DNA from: Naegleria gruberi | Taxonomy: Eukaryota | Length of the DNA stretch: 64,000 nucleotides | Strand: one strand, 5' to 3' | Assembly: GCA_000004985.1 (NCBI GenBank) | Contig: GG738883.1 | Part shown: positions 32,370 through 42,766 of the stretch, one piece after another | Layout: every line of letters starts with the position of its first letter | Numbering within the stretch: position 1 is the stretch's first letter | The notes under the pieces: generated by a model | Databases searched by the model: none | What the model saw: the letters and a program-made list of their open reading frames with translations, nothing else | What the model was told of the DNA's origin: nothing | Made by a program: the position numbers and the translations under genes

Positions 32370-33908
32370 TTAACAAATGATACAATCACTTTCCTTCTTG
32401 GTTTTTTTAGACGACTGAGAAACTTGTGGTGAAGCTAATTCTCGTTCCTGTCTCTGCTTATTGAGCTCTCTCAATTGTGATGCTTGATTCGCGTAGGCGT
32501 TCGCTCCATGCTTTTTCGTTGTATTAGAACCAGGTTTCTTTTCTCTAATTGTTGGCACATTTGCATATGGAATGCTTGGATCCTGTTCGAGAGGAGTTTG
32601 AACTACCCTAGGAGATGTTTGAGGATTATTAGCTTGTTGCTGAGGTTGTTGAAATTGTGGATTAAATTGTTGCTGTTGTTGAGGGTGAGGATGTGCCTGA
32701 GGTTGTCTTGTTTGTTGCTGTTGTTCATGCATCATTTCTTGCTGATAGGCCATCTCCTCTTCTCTTTGAAGTTGAAGAGCTAGTTGTAAATCTTCATCGT
32801 GTTGCTTACTATCCACAACTGGTGCTTTTTCCTGTTGATAATATTCATAGTTTTGAGAGTGAGTTTCCAGCATTCGGAATGGTGTAAAATCTCCCAAATA
32901 ATATTGTTGATCTTCTCCATGAATTGTCAAATTTTCCCAGACAATGTTCGTTTCATTTAGGAGAGTCTCATTTGTACAGAGTGTGAGGATTGCTTCCTGT
33001 ATTTTACAAATTACTGAAAAGTGATTATTTCTGAAAAAGATGGCAATCTTTCTATCAGCCAAACTATTGTGAAGGGATGCCAAACCATATTGTGTCAATT
33101 GTGATGGTGAGTTGGTAAGGAAAGTTTGAATGAGTGATCCTTGTGAAATAATATCATTCTTTTGATCGACTGGTAATCTGGTGACCATTTCTTCTGGAGT
33201 TTTCAATTCTGTCAAATCAACGTGAGCAGATAGAATTTGCTCAATAACTTTTCCACTCTTTTTCATTTGCTCTTCTGCATTGATAAGTTCATTCATTAAA
33301 ACAATCTTTTCGACTGCTTGATCGTAGGAGAGACTTTTGAGCGCTTTAAATGTTTCAAGCTCAGATTCCGAATCTACAAGCCATCCGTGCATTAATTTGA
33401 TATTGAAAAAGTTGAACACAGACAAGTCACAAGTTGTAAATCCATGAACTCCTTCAGTAAATTGTACATTGACATCGAGACCATGTTTGAGTTTTGGAAC
33501 TGAGTCTAGAGCTGCTTGTAACATCTTTCCCTTCTCTCCATCAGTATCTGATTTACTATATTTAAGATTGTATGTATCCAACATGGATTGGGCAAGAATC
33601 TGCACAAGACTTTCATTTGTAATAAATCCATTCACAATGAAATTGTCAATAGCACTCACATCACCTCCTCTCAATGAAATTATATTAAATACAGCAATCA
33701 GAGGACAAGGACCATTTAAATTCTGCAGAACGATCGGAGTTCTTCTCTCTCCAATCAAGACTCGTTTTACTCTGTACTTTTCTATAGTTCCTTCCTCATC
33801 AACATCCTTTGCTGCTAATTGAATTGTATCTCCTTCTTCCATATTTACAAATGTTGCTTCTTCCGATTGTTGTTGTTGTTCTTCTTGATTATTTGTATGA
33901 TCGTCCAT
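32370..33908 (-). CDS. MINDY-family (FAM63/DUF544) deubiquitinase.
   Basis: RRTPIVLQNLNGPCPLIAVFNIISL matches the MINDY catalytic-Cys block (TPILLQNENGPCPLLAI). Downstream HGWLVD and NNHFSV blocks are present. Q-rich C-terminus ending ...SDCIIC. Confidence 0.75.
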   Translation of the reverse strand: MDDHTNNQEEQQQQSEEATFVNMEEGDTIQLAAKDVDEEGTIEKYRVKRVLIGERRTPIVLQNLNGPCPLIAVFNIISLRGGDVSAIDNFIVNGFITNESLVQILAQSMLDTYNLKYSKSDTDGEKGKMLQAALDSVPKLKHGLDVNVQFTEGVHGFTTCDLSVFNFFNIKLMHGWLVDSESELETFKALKSLSYDQAVEKIVLMNELINAEEQMKKSGKVIEQILSAHVDLTELKTPEEMVTRLPVDQKNDIISQGSLIQTFLTNSPSQLTQYGLASLHNSLADRKIAIFFRNNHFSVICKIQEAILTLCTNETLLNETNIVWENLTIHGEDQQYYLGDFTPFRMLETHSQNYEYYQQEKAPVVDSKQHDEDLQLALQLQREEEMAYQQEMMHEQQQQTRQPQAHPHPQQQQQFNPQFQQPQQQANNPQTSPRVVQTPLEQDPSIPYANVPTIREKKPGSNTTKKHGANAYANQASQLRELNKQRQERELASPQVSQSSKKTKKESDCIIC

Positions 33909-34828
33909 TTTCTTCTTGACGAACTATTGTATTTACAAGTGTATTAAATTATTACTATTATAATTCTATTATATTTTGATGATGATTGTTATATTATTTA
34001 TAACTTGAATTCCTTTTTTTCAATAAATTAATAAAAATCAATGTAAACTGTTGTTGGTGTTCTTTTAATTTTTTCTAAAGAGACAAAAAATCGTAGAGAT
34101 TAAAAAACGAGTTAATGCATCTATTTTTAGACCATTCTTAATAAAAGTGCGCCAAAAGTTTCCAATTCGAACTCCTCAAAGATTCTAAGGAATAGTTAAA
34201 CTTGGCTTCTACTAATTCGAAACCAAAACACGTCATAATCTTTCATCCATCACTCAATTCCCAAACGAATTCTTAAGAAGAAACTCAAATGTTAGATTTA
34301 AACTATTAAACGTTTTGATGAACGATAAAACCTAATGTTCAATATCTTTAGACATGCTTGATTTGAAACAATTATTTCATTCAAAAAATGTCTCAACTCT
34401 CCAAATCAATGGAAGCCTCTGAATATCAGAATTGATAAGGCTTTTATGCGGACTGAAAAATTATATTTTGTATGATCCGATCATATATGAACATTATTTG
34501 GAATTTAAGCGACGATTATGAGTGTTATTCTCAGTGAGTGGTGATAACTCAGGAGCACCTTCTGTTGATCCAAACTTTGAGAATGCAACAATTTATGGAA
34601 GCCATGGATGAGTAAGAATTATCATGTTTTCGCTGGACTACACTGAACATACACTCTTCACCAAAATGTTCACATACAACTTAAATAAATCTTTTGTCTC
34701 GATTCTATATTATTTGTCTCACCGACAAATTTTCTTGTACATTTTCAAAAAGGCTTGAGAATTCCCAACTCTTAAAAGCCTTTTAAATAGCCTTTCATCA
34801 ACCATTCAACACTAGCTATTCAAAAAAA

Positions 34829-36265
34829 ATGTCACAACATCAAGACAAAGAAACTATGCAACAATGTGCTCCATCACATGGTGACAATGGTTCGGAAGAG
34901 TTTATTTCGGTTGATGAAGTCAATAAAGCTTCAGAATCAAGTGCTTCCGATTCAATGATCATGGATGACAAACAAGTGAATTCTGACGAAAATGCTGCAA
35001 TTTATGAGAAGAAAATTCCAAAAGCTTTAATCGAGTTGAAGAAAATATTTTCTGATGATTTTGATTTTGAAGTGTTGAAGAATACGTATGGATTGAGTAA
35101 GAATGAGGCTCTGGTTGAGGGGATTGAAAAGGTAATTGTACAGGAAGGGGAAGGATTGGAAGCAAAACCAGGTTCTATCATTAGATGTAAGTGAAAGAAT
35201 TGAGTTTTTATTTGAATAATATAATTGAACATTCGAATAATAATAGTTTTGGAAGCCTGTGTAGTATTTTTTAAAAGAAATGAATTTAGTGATTGGGAAT
35301 TTCTTATTAGTTCTAATACATTGCTTCAGGAAAATAGATTGAAATTGAATAAGGTTCCACCAGTATTTTTCAAATGTATTCACACTCTCAAGTTGGGTGA
35401 GCGAGCCTTTTTTAAAATTCATAAGGATTTGTATCCAGAGTTGAAGGTTACTCGTTTGGATCCAGTTCAGGATGATGTGGAAACTACAAAATTAATTGAC
35501 CTTCTTAAATGCCACGATTATTATGGAGTTCAATATATCAGCATTACACATTTGGAATTGAAGGAGGCACCTTCACCAAAGGCATCCTTTGAAGAACATC
35601 TCGAGCAAATCAGTAAGAAGAGACTTGAAGGAAATGTGCTCTTTAAGGAATGCTCATTTGCTAAAGCATTGAAAACATACAATACTGGAATTATTTTCGT
35701 TAATGAGGCCAAGTTAGATGATGGTAAAATTGATGAACAAAAGGCAATACTGAAAGAAGAACGTATCAAGCTCTTAACCAATATTGTCAGATGCCAAAAC
35801 TCACTTAACAATGAAAAGAATCACAAGCTATGCCTTGATACTTGTGACAAGATTCTCTTCTACGAGCCAGAAAACCACAATGCATTCTATTTTAAAGCCA
35901 AAACTTACAATACACTCGACGATTATTCAAGAGGTCTTGAATGTATGGAAAAGGCAAAACACTATTTTTCCACTTACCAACAAAAGAATAGCAGTGATCC
36001 AATTCAACAAAAGAAGGACGCTGAACTGAAAAGCAGAATGGAAATTATTGAAAGGCAATTACTCAAAAAGAAGAAACTCCAAGAAGTACAGGACAATAAG
36101 CTTATGAAATCCAAAATGACTAACATGTTCTCTGAGGAACTCTATGCTGATACAGAACCATATGATGAGGAAGAGTATTGGAGAAAACAGCAAGAGGAAG
36201 ATGAAAGACTGGGCCGTAAGCCATGGTTCATGTCAGATGGCACCATTCACTATCAACAATTGTAA
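34829..36265 (+). CDS. FKBP-like + TPR protein (AIP/FKBP38-like). Proposed join: 34829..35186, 60-nt intron 35187..35246, 35247..36265.
   Basis: Exon1 ends ...VIVQEGEGLEAKPGSIIR, resembling the start of an FKBP domain. GTAAGT lies directly at the ORF end. The only in-frame acceptor (TAATAG at 35246) continues into the 3' ORF, which carries TPR-like repeats (LEGNVLFKECSFAKALKTYNTGI...). The FKBP part is degenerate, so the join is tentative. Confidence 0.5.
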
Positions 36266-36293
36266 TATTCCAATGTATTTGTAAAAAGGTTGA

Positions 36294-36860
36294 TTAATTT
36301 ATTCTAAATGAATTGAAATGAATCGTTTCATTATATTGCGTTTGAGGTATTGACTTAATATTGTTTGGCTTGATAATGACTTTCTCGTTAAAATTGTCAC
36401 TTTCTAATGTATTTACTAATAATTCTAAATCTTGAGGTCTGTACAAAAAACAATTATTTGATTCTTCTGCTGCAGTTTCAGCAAAGATTGAGTTGACGGT
36501 ATTTACATTGGGAAATTCTTCAAGTAATTCATTTTCTGAAACCTTGAGGTAGGTATTATTTGGGCTGATCAAGGAGAGTGGTTCCAAAAACTGACCAAAA
36601 CAATCTGATAACTGATTTGATGAATCAATTATCGAAATGGTTTGTTTGATTGTATGCTGATTATATATTAACAAATCAGCTTCCGAATTAGATAAGGAAG
36701 ACTCTGAATGATTTGATGATGAATATAGACTATTATCACAATGAAGAGAGTATTCATGATCATCATCTTCCTCATGCCTTGTTGCTTCCTTCTCCAAAGA
36801 GATAAAGTAGGAATCAGCAGCAGCAACAGCATTAAACGATAAGGTTGTTGAGAAATTCAT
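36294..36860 (-). CDS. Hypothetical protein.
   Basis: 188-aa ORF with no recognisable domain. Confidence 0.25.
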   Translation of the reverse strand: MNFSTTLSFNAVAAADSYFISLEKEATRHEEDDDHEYSLHCDNSLYSSSNHSESSLSNSEADLLIYNQHTIKQTISIIDSSNQLSDCFGQFLEPLSLISPNNTYLKVSENELLEEFPNVNTVNSIFAETAAEESNNCFLYRPQDLELLVNTLESDNFNEKVIIKPNNIKSIPQTQYNETIHFNSFRIN

Positions 36861-37479
36861 TATGTGTGTTATTGTTGAAGGTTGTGTGTTGATTCTTTTT
36901 TTGGTGAGAAAGATGCAACATTGACAATGTTTCTATGAAAAAAACAAAACATAACGAACAAATATATTCAGTCCGGATTCAAATAAGTACATGAGAGGAA
37001 TAAGGCCATCATTTAACAATGAACCTGACTGTCGGAAGAATCGCTTTTCATCTATATTAAGAGTACTTTCTGTTTTGCATAAGCATCCTTAATAAGAACA
37101 TTGCCGTGCTTGTTTTTATACCCAAATATTTGGACAGATTTGTTAAATGAATCGACCATGGTTCTCGCAATAATTGAATCTAAAAAGTTGGTTATTGCAA
37201 GTGTATTGTTTCAAAACACACAACAAGTTCCAACCTTCTTCGAAAGAGGGCCCTGTAATAATTTCCAGTTCTTAAATAAGGGTGATCTTATTAATATTTA
37301 TCAGTGTGATTTCAATCGGTCGATAAATATTTGTACGGTTTATTGAGAGTATTGTTGAATATTCACGTATTGATGAAATGCAGTGGTGGGAACAGAATTT
37401 GTCTCTAAGGAAATGGTGATTATTAATAAAAGGTAATCCATTAACATCTTGGGATTGGTATTTGATCAACTCCATAATT

Positions 37480-38961
37480 CTAAAAGACAACGCCATCTTT
37501 TTTTGCCCTTTGGACAACTTGTGCCATTTGCTTATCCTTTTCTTGTGTGGCAGCTTTGAATTTTTCTTGTTCATAACTAGATTTGAGATCTGAGGGAGAA
37601 ATGGTAACTAATCTTCCATATTCAAAGATTTCTTCCTTAATTTTGGTGACATTTTTGTAAACACGAGCATTTTCAAGAGATTCTAATCTTGAATTGACTA
37701 AGGTGGACAAGTTGTAAGAAAGAGCTTCGGATTTTTCCTTCAAAAAAGCTTGATCATTGGAAGTGAGGTATTTAAGTGATTTGAACATTTCAGCATTGAT
37801 TCGTTTGGTTTCTTCCAACAAGGTAGCATTGAATCTTCCATATTCGAACGTGTGTATTTCCAAGCTATTTCTCTCAATCGACACAGAGACAATATAAAGT
37901 ACTTGTTCAATCTCATTCACAACCATTTTACAATTTGCCGAGCTCACAAATAATGGACCCATTGAAAACAATTGAGACCCAGAACCCAAATGTGAAATGC
38001 AAATTGAAGACAATGGTCCAGGACTAACTAAACTGAAAACCAGACCTCTTTTTCTATCAAGTGCAAATGTGGAAACTAATTCTCCGTCCTCCCTCAATGA
38101 AAAAGCATGTAGAATTGCATGAGTACCATTCTCCAATTTTGCACCGCTCTCATCAATCATCTTAATATGGGTACACTCATTGGAACTTCCAAGATTCATT
38201 CCACCATTCAAAGATGGAAAGAGAAATCTCTCTCTATAATGAGCCAATTGAAAATTGTGAAATTTTAAGAATTGTTTCGACTCTAAAGAAATGAAATTCT
38301 TTGCATCATTAATTTCACTTCCATTTGGATGATAGCATTCTGAAATAGTTCCATCCAGATTGACTCCACAAATGATTCCAGATTCTTCCTTAATACAAAT
38401 TCCATTCACACAATTCTCGTCGTGGCCAATCCAAGAAACTTGACCTTTCAAATCCAATTTTACAATGGTTGCTGGTTTGGTGGATTGATCGGAAAAATCA
38501 TTCAGTAAAACAACAAGTGAATTGTCCACTGAAGAATACTCAATTTGTCTAACGAACACTCTAGTTTCGTCCAAATTGTTTCCAAACATTGTTTCAGATG
38601 GATTTTGTGAAAGAATTTGCTCTTTCAAATTGAATGAATGGACAACTTCCAATGTCGAAGCTGATGATGTATAATTTTCCATATTGAAAACCAAAACTTG
38701 ACCTGTTTTTGCATTCACACAAAACAATTCACTTTTTACCAAACATGGAAGGAATGGAAAACAACCTTCATGTGAAAGAATTGAATTGCTCGGTAAGGAA
38801 TGAGCAATTGTAGAAACATATCCAAGACCTACTTGTCCATTCTGTTGATCAGCACACTGATTCTTATGAAATCTGGTTGGATTAAATACCAAATATGGAA
38901 ATTTATCGTTTGGATACACTTGAGAATTGTGGATACTAAATTGGCTGATTAGCTTGTCCAT
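37480..38961 (-). CDS. Hypothetical protein; paralog of the divergently transcribed neighbour 39212..40474.
   Basis: Shares collinear blocks with its neighbour: NPTRFHK / NPRFHK; FCVNAKTG / YCVNPVSG; IHTFEYGRF / IHIFNYGYF. Confidence 0.5.
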   Translation of the reverse strand: MDKLISQFSIHNSQVYPNDKFPYLVFNPTRFHKNQCADQQNGQVGLGYVSTIAHSLPSNSILSHEGCFPFLPCLVKSELFCVNAKTGQVLVFNMENYTSSASTLEVVHSFNLKEQILSQNPSETMFGNNLDETRVFVRQIEYSSVDNSLVVLLNDFSDQSTKPATIVKLDLKGQVSWIGHDENCVNGICIKEESGIICGVNLDGTISECYHPNGSEINDAKNFISLESKQFLKFHNFQLAHYRERFLFPSLNGGMNLGSSNECTHIKMIDESGAKLENGTHAILHAFSLREDGELVSTFALDRKRGLVFSLVSPGPLSSICISHLGSGSQLFSMGPLFVSSANCKMVVNEIEQVLYIVSVSIERNSLEIHTFEYGRFNATLLEETKRINAEMFKSLKYLTSNDQAFLKEKSEALSYNLSTLVNSRLESLENARVYKNVTKIKEEIFEYGRLVTISPSDLKSSYEQEKFKAATQEKDKQMAQVVQRAKKDGVVF

Positions 38962-39211
38962 CGTCTTGATTGTATTGATACAATGTTATGAAATCAACAC
39001 GGATTTGATGTGATGAACTTTTTTTTTGATGAGTTTCAAGAGCCATGACAGTTCGAAACTAAACTAATTTCTTAAGTGTCCAGAACACACAATGAACGGA
39101 CACGTTTGCAATCACTGACGCACAGACACACCCACTCACCATAATCCACACAAGAGGTCAAATAAATCAATTTTCAGAGTTTAGTTTTCAAAACCGAAAG
39201 CTCATAAAAAA

Positions 39212-40474
39212 ATGTCTCAAAACCTTTCTTTAACTTTGGCTGGTTGTTTGGTGACTCCAAGTTTGGCAAGTGTTGATTTTGATAATTCGACACGGACATT
39301 GTTGTATTTGTATAAAGGAAAGGTGATTAATGGGAATGTTTCGTCTTTGATTCTTGAAACTAACCCATTGGAATCGAATAATGGCAGTCGAAGGGAAATT
39401 TCTGTCGTTTCGACTGAAAGAATTTTGGCTAATCCACGTTTCCACAAGTATGAACACATTCCAGATCAAATACAACTTTACTATCAAGTACATTCTAAAT
39501 TGAGTGAAAATGTCCTTGTCTATAGAAAAACAGTTCAAGACGAAACTAATCTCTATTCACTTTTGCAAACTCCACAAGATTTGTATTGTGTAAATCCAGT
39601 GAGTGGAGATTATGCAACCTATTCGGATGGTTATGTGAAAATTTATAAGAATGTCAATTATTGGGCGAATTCATGTCGTTTGGAGGAAATTAAGCTTTCG
39701 AATAATGTGTATAGTTTCGGATTTGCAATGTTGCCACAATCTGAAACTTGTCAATTGCCACGAATCTTACTATTTTCAAGAGAGAAATTGAACTATTTTG
39801 AAGGAGAACATTTAATTATGGAAATTCCAATTCCATTCACAGAAGATTGTAAAGTTTCGACTGATTTCAAATTAGGTATCCTATTTATGGCAGATTCAAA
39901 GAAAATTCTAGCCCTCGATATCAATAACAAATTCGAAACTCTATTCAGAATTGATTTGGGATTTTATCTAGTGAAAGGAATGACCATTGATGTGGAGAAG
40001 AAATTATTATTCATTGGTTCGAAACATTTTATTCACATTTTCAATTATGGTTATTTTGAAACAATTGACCCATTACAACAAGAACAATTACAACAATTCT
40101 CAAAGGAATTCATGATGAAAGGTAGATCAATGGATTATCAAGAACAAGTCAAATCCTATTTCAGATCCCTATATAATGATTCCAGTTTGACAGCTGTTCC
40201 TCCAAGTGCACCTTCTACCTATAAGGGAGGTGGCTATTGTGAAATTATTCCACAATTAATTCCATACGTGAATGGTCAATCTGTGTTGCCAACTAGTAAT
40301 ACAAGCCAAACTGCAGTTTCTTCCTCTTCTATTGGTGGTGCAACTTCTGTATCGAATGGTTCATCAGCTCCTGTTGTGAATTACAATAATAATTCTGCAC
40401 AAGTTCAGACAACAACACAAAGAGTTTCTAATCAGCAGCAACAACAAGACACTGATTGTTGTGTTATTCTCTAA
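39212..40474 (+). CDS. Hypothetical protein, paralog of 37480..38961, ending in a CaaX box (CVIL) that predicts geranylgeranylation.
   Basis: Collinear motifs as above; S/Q-rich tail; terminal ...DTDCCVIL*. Confidence 0.5.
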   Translation: MSQNLSLTLAGCLVTPSLASVDFDNSTRTLLYLYKGKVINGNVSSLILETNPLESNNGSRREISVVSTERILANPRFHKYEHIPDQIQLYYQVHSKLSENVLVYRKTVQDETNLYSLLQTPQDLYCVNPVSGDYATYSDGYVKIYKNVNYWANSCRLEEIKLSNNVYSFGFAMLPQSETCQLPRILLFSREKLNYFEGEHLIMEIPIPFTEDCKVSTDFKLGILFMADSKKILALDINNKFETLFRIDLGFYLVKGMTIDVEKKLLFIGSKHFIHIFNYGYFETIDPLQQEQLQQFSKEFMMKGRSMDYQEQVKSYFRSLYNDSSLTAVPPSAPSTYKGGGYCEIIPQLIPYVNGQSVLPTSNTSQTAVSSSSIGGATSVSNGSSAPVVNYNNNSAQVQTTTQRVSNQQQQQDTDCCVIL

Positions 40475-40892
40475 TAAATATAAAATACAATTAATATTAG
40501 TGAACAATAGCTTAATTTCATCAACGGAAGAAGAGATGTGAAGGAAACAACTTTTTTGCATCATTTGATTTTAGGAGCTTGTGTTGTGGTTTTAATAGTG
40601 CTACAAAATGTTGTATCAATCCAATGATGAAAATTTGTATTATTTTACTTCTTCACATCATGACAACAATATTTTCAATATTTAAATATAATTTTAATTA
40701 ATTAGTTTAATATTTATCATCAAGGTTGAAATCCTTCAAGACATTCATATCAAAATACTAATCTACAGAATATTATCAACAACTACAGGCTAAGACGCAT
40801 TGTAAATTATTTGCGCCACAATATTTTTTGTTTCCACAAACAACCAAACCCACCAACAACTAGAGGAGAAAAATCTAAAAATATTAGAAAAA

Positions 40893-41996
40893 ATGGCTCC
40901 ACATAAACCACAAGAATTCACTTCATTGGTTCAAAAGTTGAAGAAAATGGACAAGGCAGAAAGAATTAAATTTTACCGAGAACGTACGAAACACATGGCC
41001 AACAAACAACAAGCTAAGCAACAACAAGATCACCCTCTCGCTAATAACAAGAGAAAGAAAGAATATTATTCTGATGATGATCAAAATGATGATGATGATC
41101 AACATGATGATGATAAACAACAAAGAAAGAAGAGAAAAGAACAAGAAGAACAAAATGATAGAAAGGAAATGTCTGATGACGAATCCGAAGAAGAAACAGA
41201 CGACGATCAAGAATCAGGTGATGATTCTTCTGACTCTGAATGTGATGAACAAGAAGAAGAATTACAAGAAGAACAACATGAAGAGCAACAACAAGAGGAA
41301 CCAGAAGTAATAACAATAGATGATGACGAAGAAGATTCTGATGAAGATTCTGATGAAGAAGATTCCGATGAAGAAGAAACCGACAAAGACCAAGAATCAA
41401 TCGACGCCTCTTCTGAATCAGACAATGATGATGACAATGATGAACTGAGACGATTTTTCCATAGACACTGGCGCGGCTCCAAAGCACAATTTGTCAGAGA
41501 TTATGGACCTGAGAATGTTGATGCTTCAATTTTTTGCAGATGGTTGAGTAGAAATATTAAGGTCAGCTGGACAAGCTCCTTTGTTAGAAAATACATGGAA
41601 GCATTGAGCCAGACTCAAGCTACTGAAGCACTTGCTCACGATGAAGAACATTCAGAGTCAGAAGAGGATAGAGACGAAATGTCTGACGATCAAGCAGAAG
41701 AATGGAATGTTGTAAACGATGTAGAGGTGCCAGCGGAACCAGAAATAATAATAATAGATGATGATGATGATGAAGAAGAAGATCAAAACACAGAGGTACA
41801 TTATTCTCAAGAACAAGAAGAGATGGATAATTGCTTAACAGAACAAACTGAGTACCTCATGAATCATGAGAAACAAGGTGATTGTATGCAAGACGAAGAA
41901 GAAATCATTCCTGTAATAGAATGCAATCAAGCCAAGAAAGGAATCATGTTATATCCTCCATCAACACTTCCAAATGGCATACCTTATCACAGATAG
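40893..41996 (+). CDS. Highly acidic (D/E/S-rich) protein with a basic N-terminus and a conserved C-terminal motif.
   Basis: 367 aa; ends ...IECNQAKKGIMLYPPSTLPNGIPYHR, a motif shared with the downstream gene. Confidence 0.5.
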   Translation: MAPHKPQEFTSLVQKLKKMDKAERIKFYRERTKHMANKQQAKQQQDHPLANNKRKKEYYSDDDQNDDDDQHDDDKQQRKKRKEQEEQNDRKEMSDDESEEETDDDQESGDDSSDSECDEQEEELQEEQHEEQQQEEPEVITIDDDEEDSDEDSDEEDSDEEETDKDQESIDASSESDNDDDNDELRRFFHRHWRGSKAQFVRDYGPENVDASIFCRWLSRNIKVSWTSSFVRKYMEALSQTQATEALAHDEEHSESEEDRDEMSDDQAEEWNVVNDVEVPAEPEIIIIDDDDDEEEDQNTEVHYSQEQEEMDNCLTEQTEYLMNHEKQGDCMQDEEEIIPVIECNQAKKGIMLYPPSTLPNGIPYHR

Positions 41997-42174
41997 ATTC
42001 ATCTCTGAGATATTTTAAATATCTTGTAAATTAATGTACATAAACTCTTTTAGATTCCTTCTTCAACACCTTTTGAATACAGTACAAATTGAGAAAACCC
42101 AACTTGTTTGTAATTATCAAACAAATTATATATTTTTAGAAGAAAAAAAATCCCTCACAACAACCACTAAGGGA

Positions 42175-42582
42175 ATGGACAAGAATGCAGGAGGGAAAAT
42201 TTTGAATGAAGAACACAAAGAGGAAGCAGAAAAAATTAATACTTCGGAAGGTAGTGAAGAAAACAAACTAGAAGGAATGAACAAGAGAAAGAATTTGGAT
42301 TTTTATCAGCAAAAGACAAAGAAGAGAAAAGAATCCAAAAAAGACACAGATGATGATGAAGCTAGAGAGGAAACCAATAACAACACGCATAACCATGTAA
42401 TTAATGCAAATGAAGAGGATGAAGAATGTGTGAATGATAACAAAATTGGAGGTAATTTCGAAGAAGAACCAAAAGATAGCACTTCTCAGTTGAAAGAAGT
42501 TACATGTCCTCCACCACATCTTCCAAATGGATTGTCCTATAACAGAAATATACCAATAACTATTAGGGACATTCCAATTTAA
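42175..42582 (+). CDS. Small acidic protein, tandem paralog of 40893..41996, sharing the C-terminal PPxxLPNG(I/L)xY(H/N)R motif.
   Basis: ORF 42034..42582; in-frame ATG at 42175. Ends ...VTCPPPHLPNGLSYNRNIPI... Confidence 0.4.
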   Translation: MDKNAGGKILNEEHKEEAEKINTSEGSEENKLEGMNKRKNLDFYQQKTKKRKESKKDTDDDEAREETNNNTHNHVINANEEDEECVNDNKIGGNFEEEPKDSTSQLKEVTCPPPHLPNGLSYNRNIPITIRDIPI

Positions 42583-42766
42583 AATGAAATTAACAGTTAT
42601 TGTAAAATGAAGATTTGAACGAGAAATTGGTACCACTTGGTGATTTTCCCATATCATTGGAAATTTAATTCGATAGTTGAATAAATTGGAAAAATGGACT
42701 AATTCCCTTCATTACAAGTTGGTACTACATATTGAAAATCTATAAAATATGAATTGGTTTCATTTG

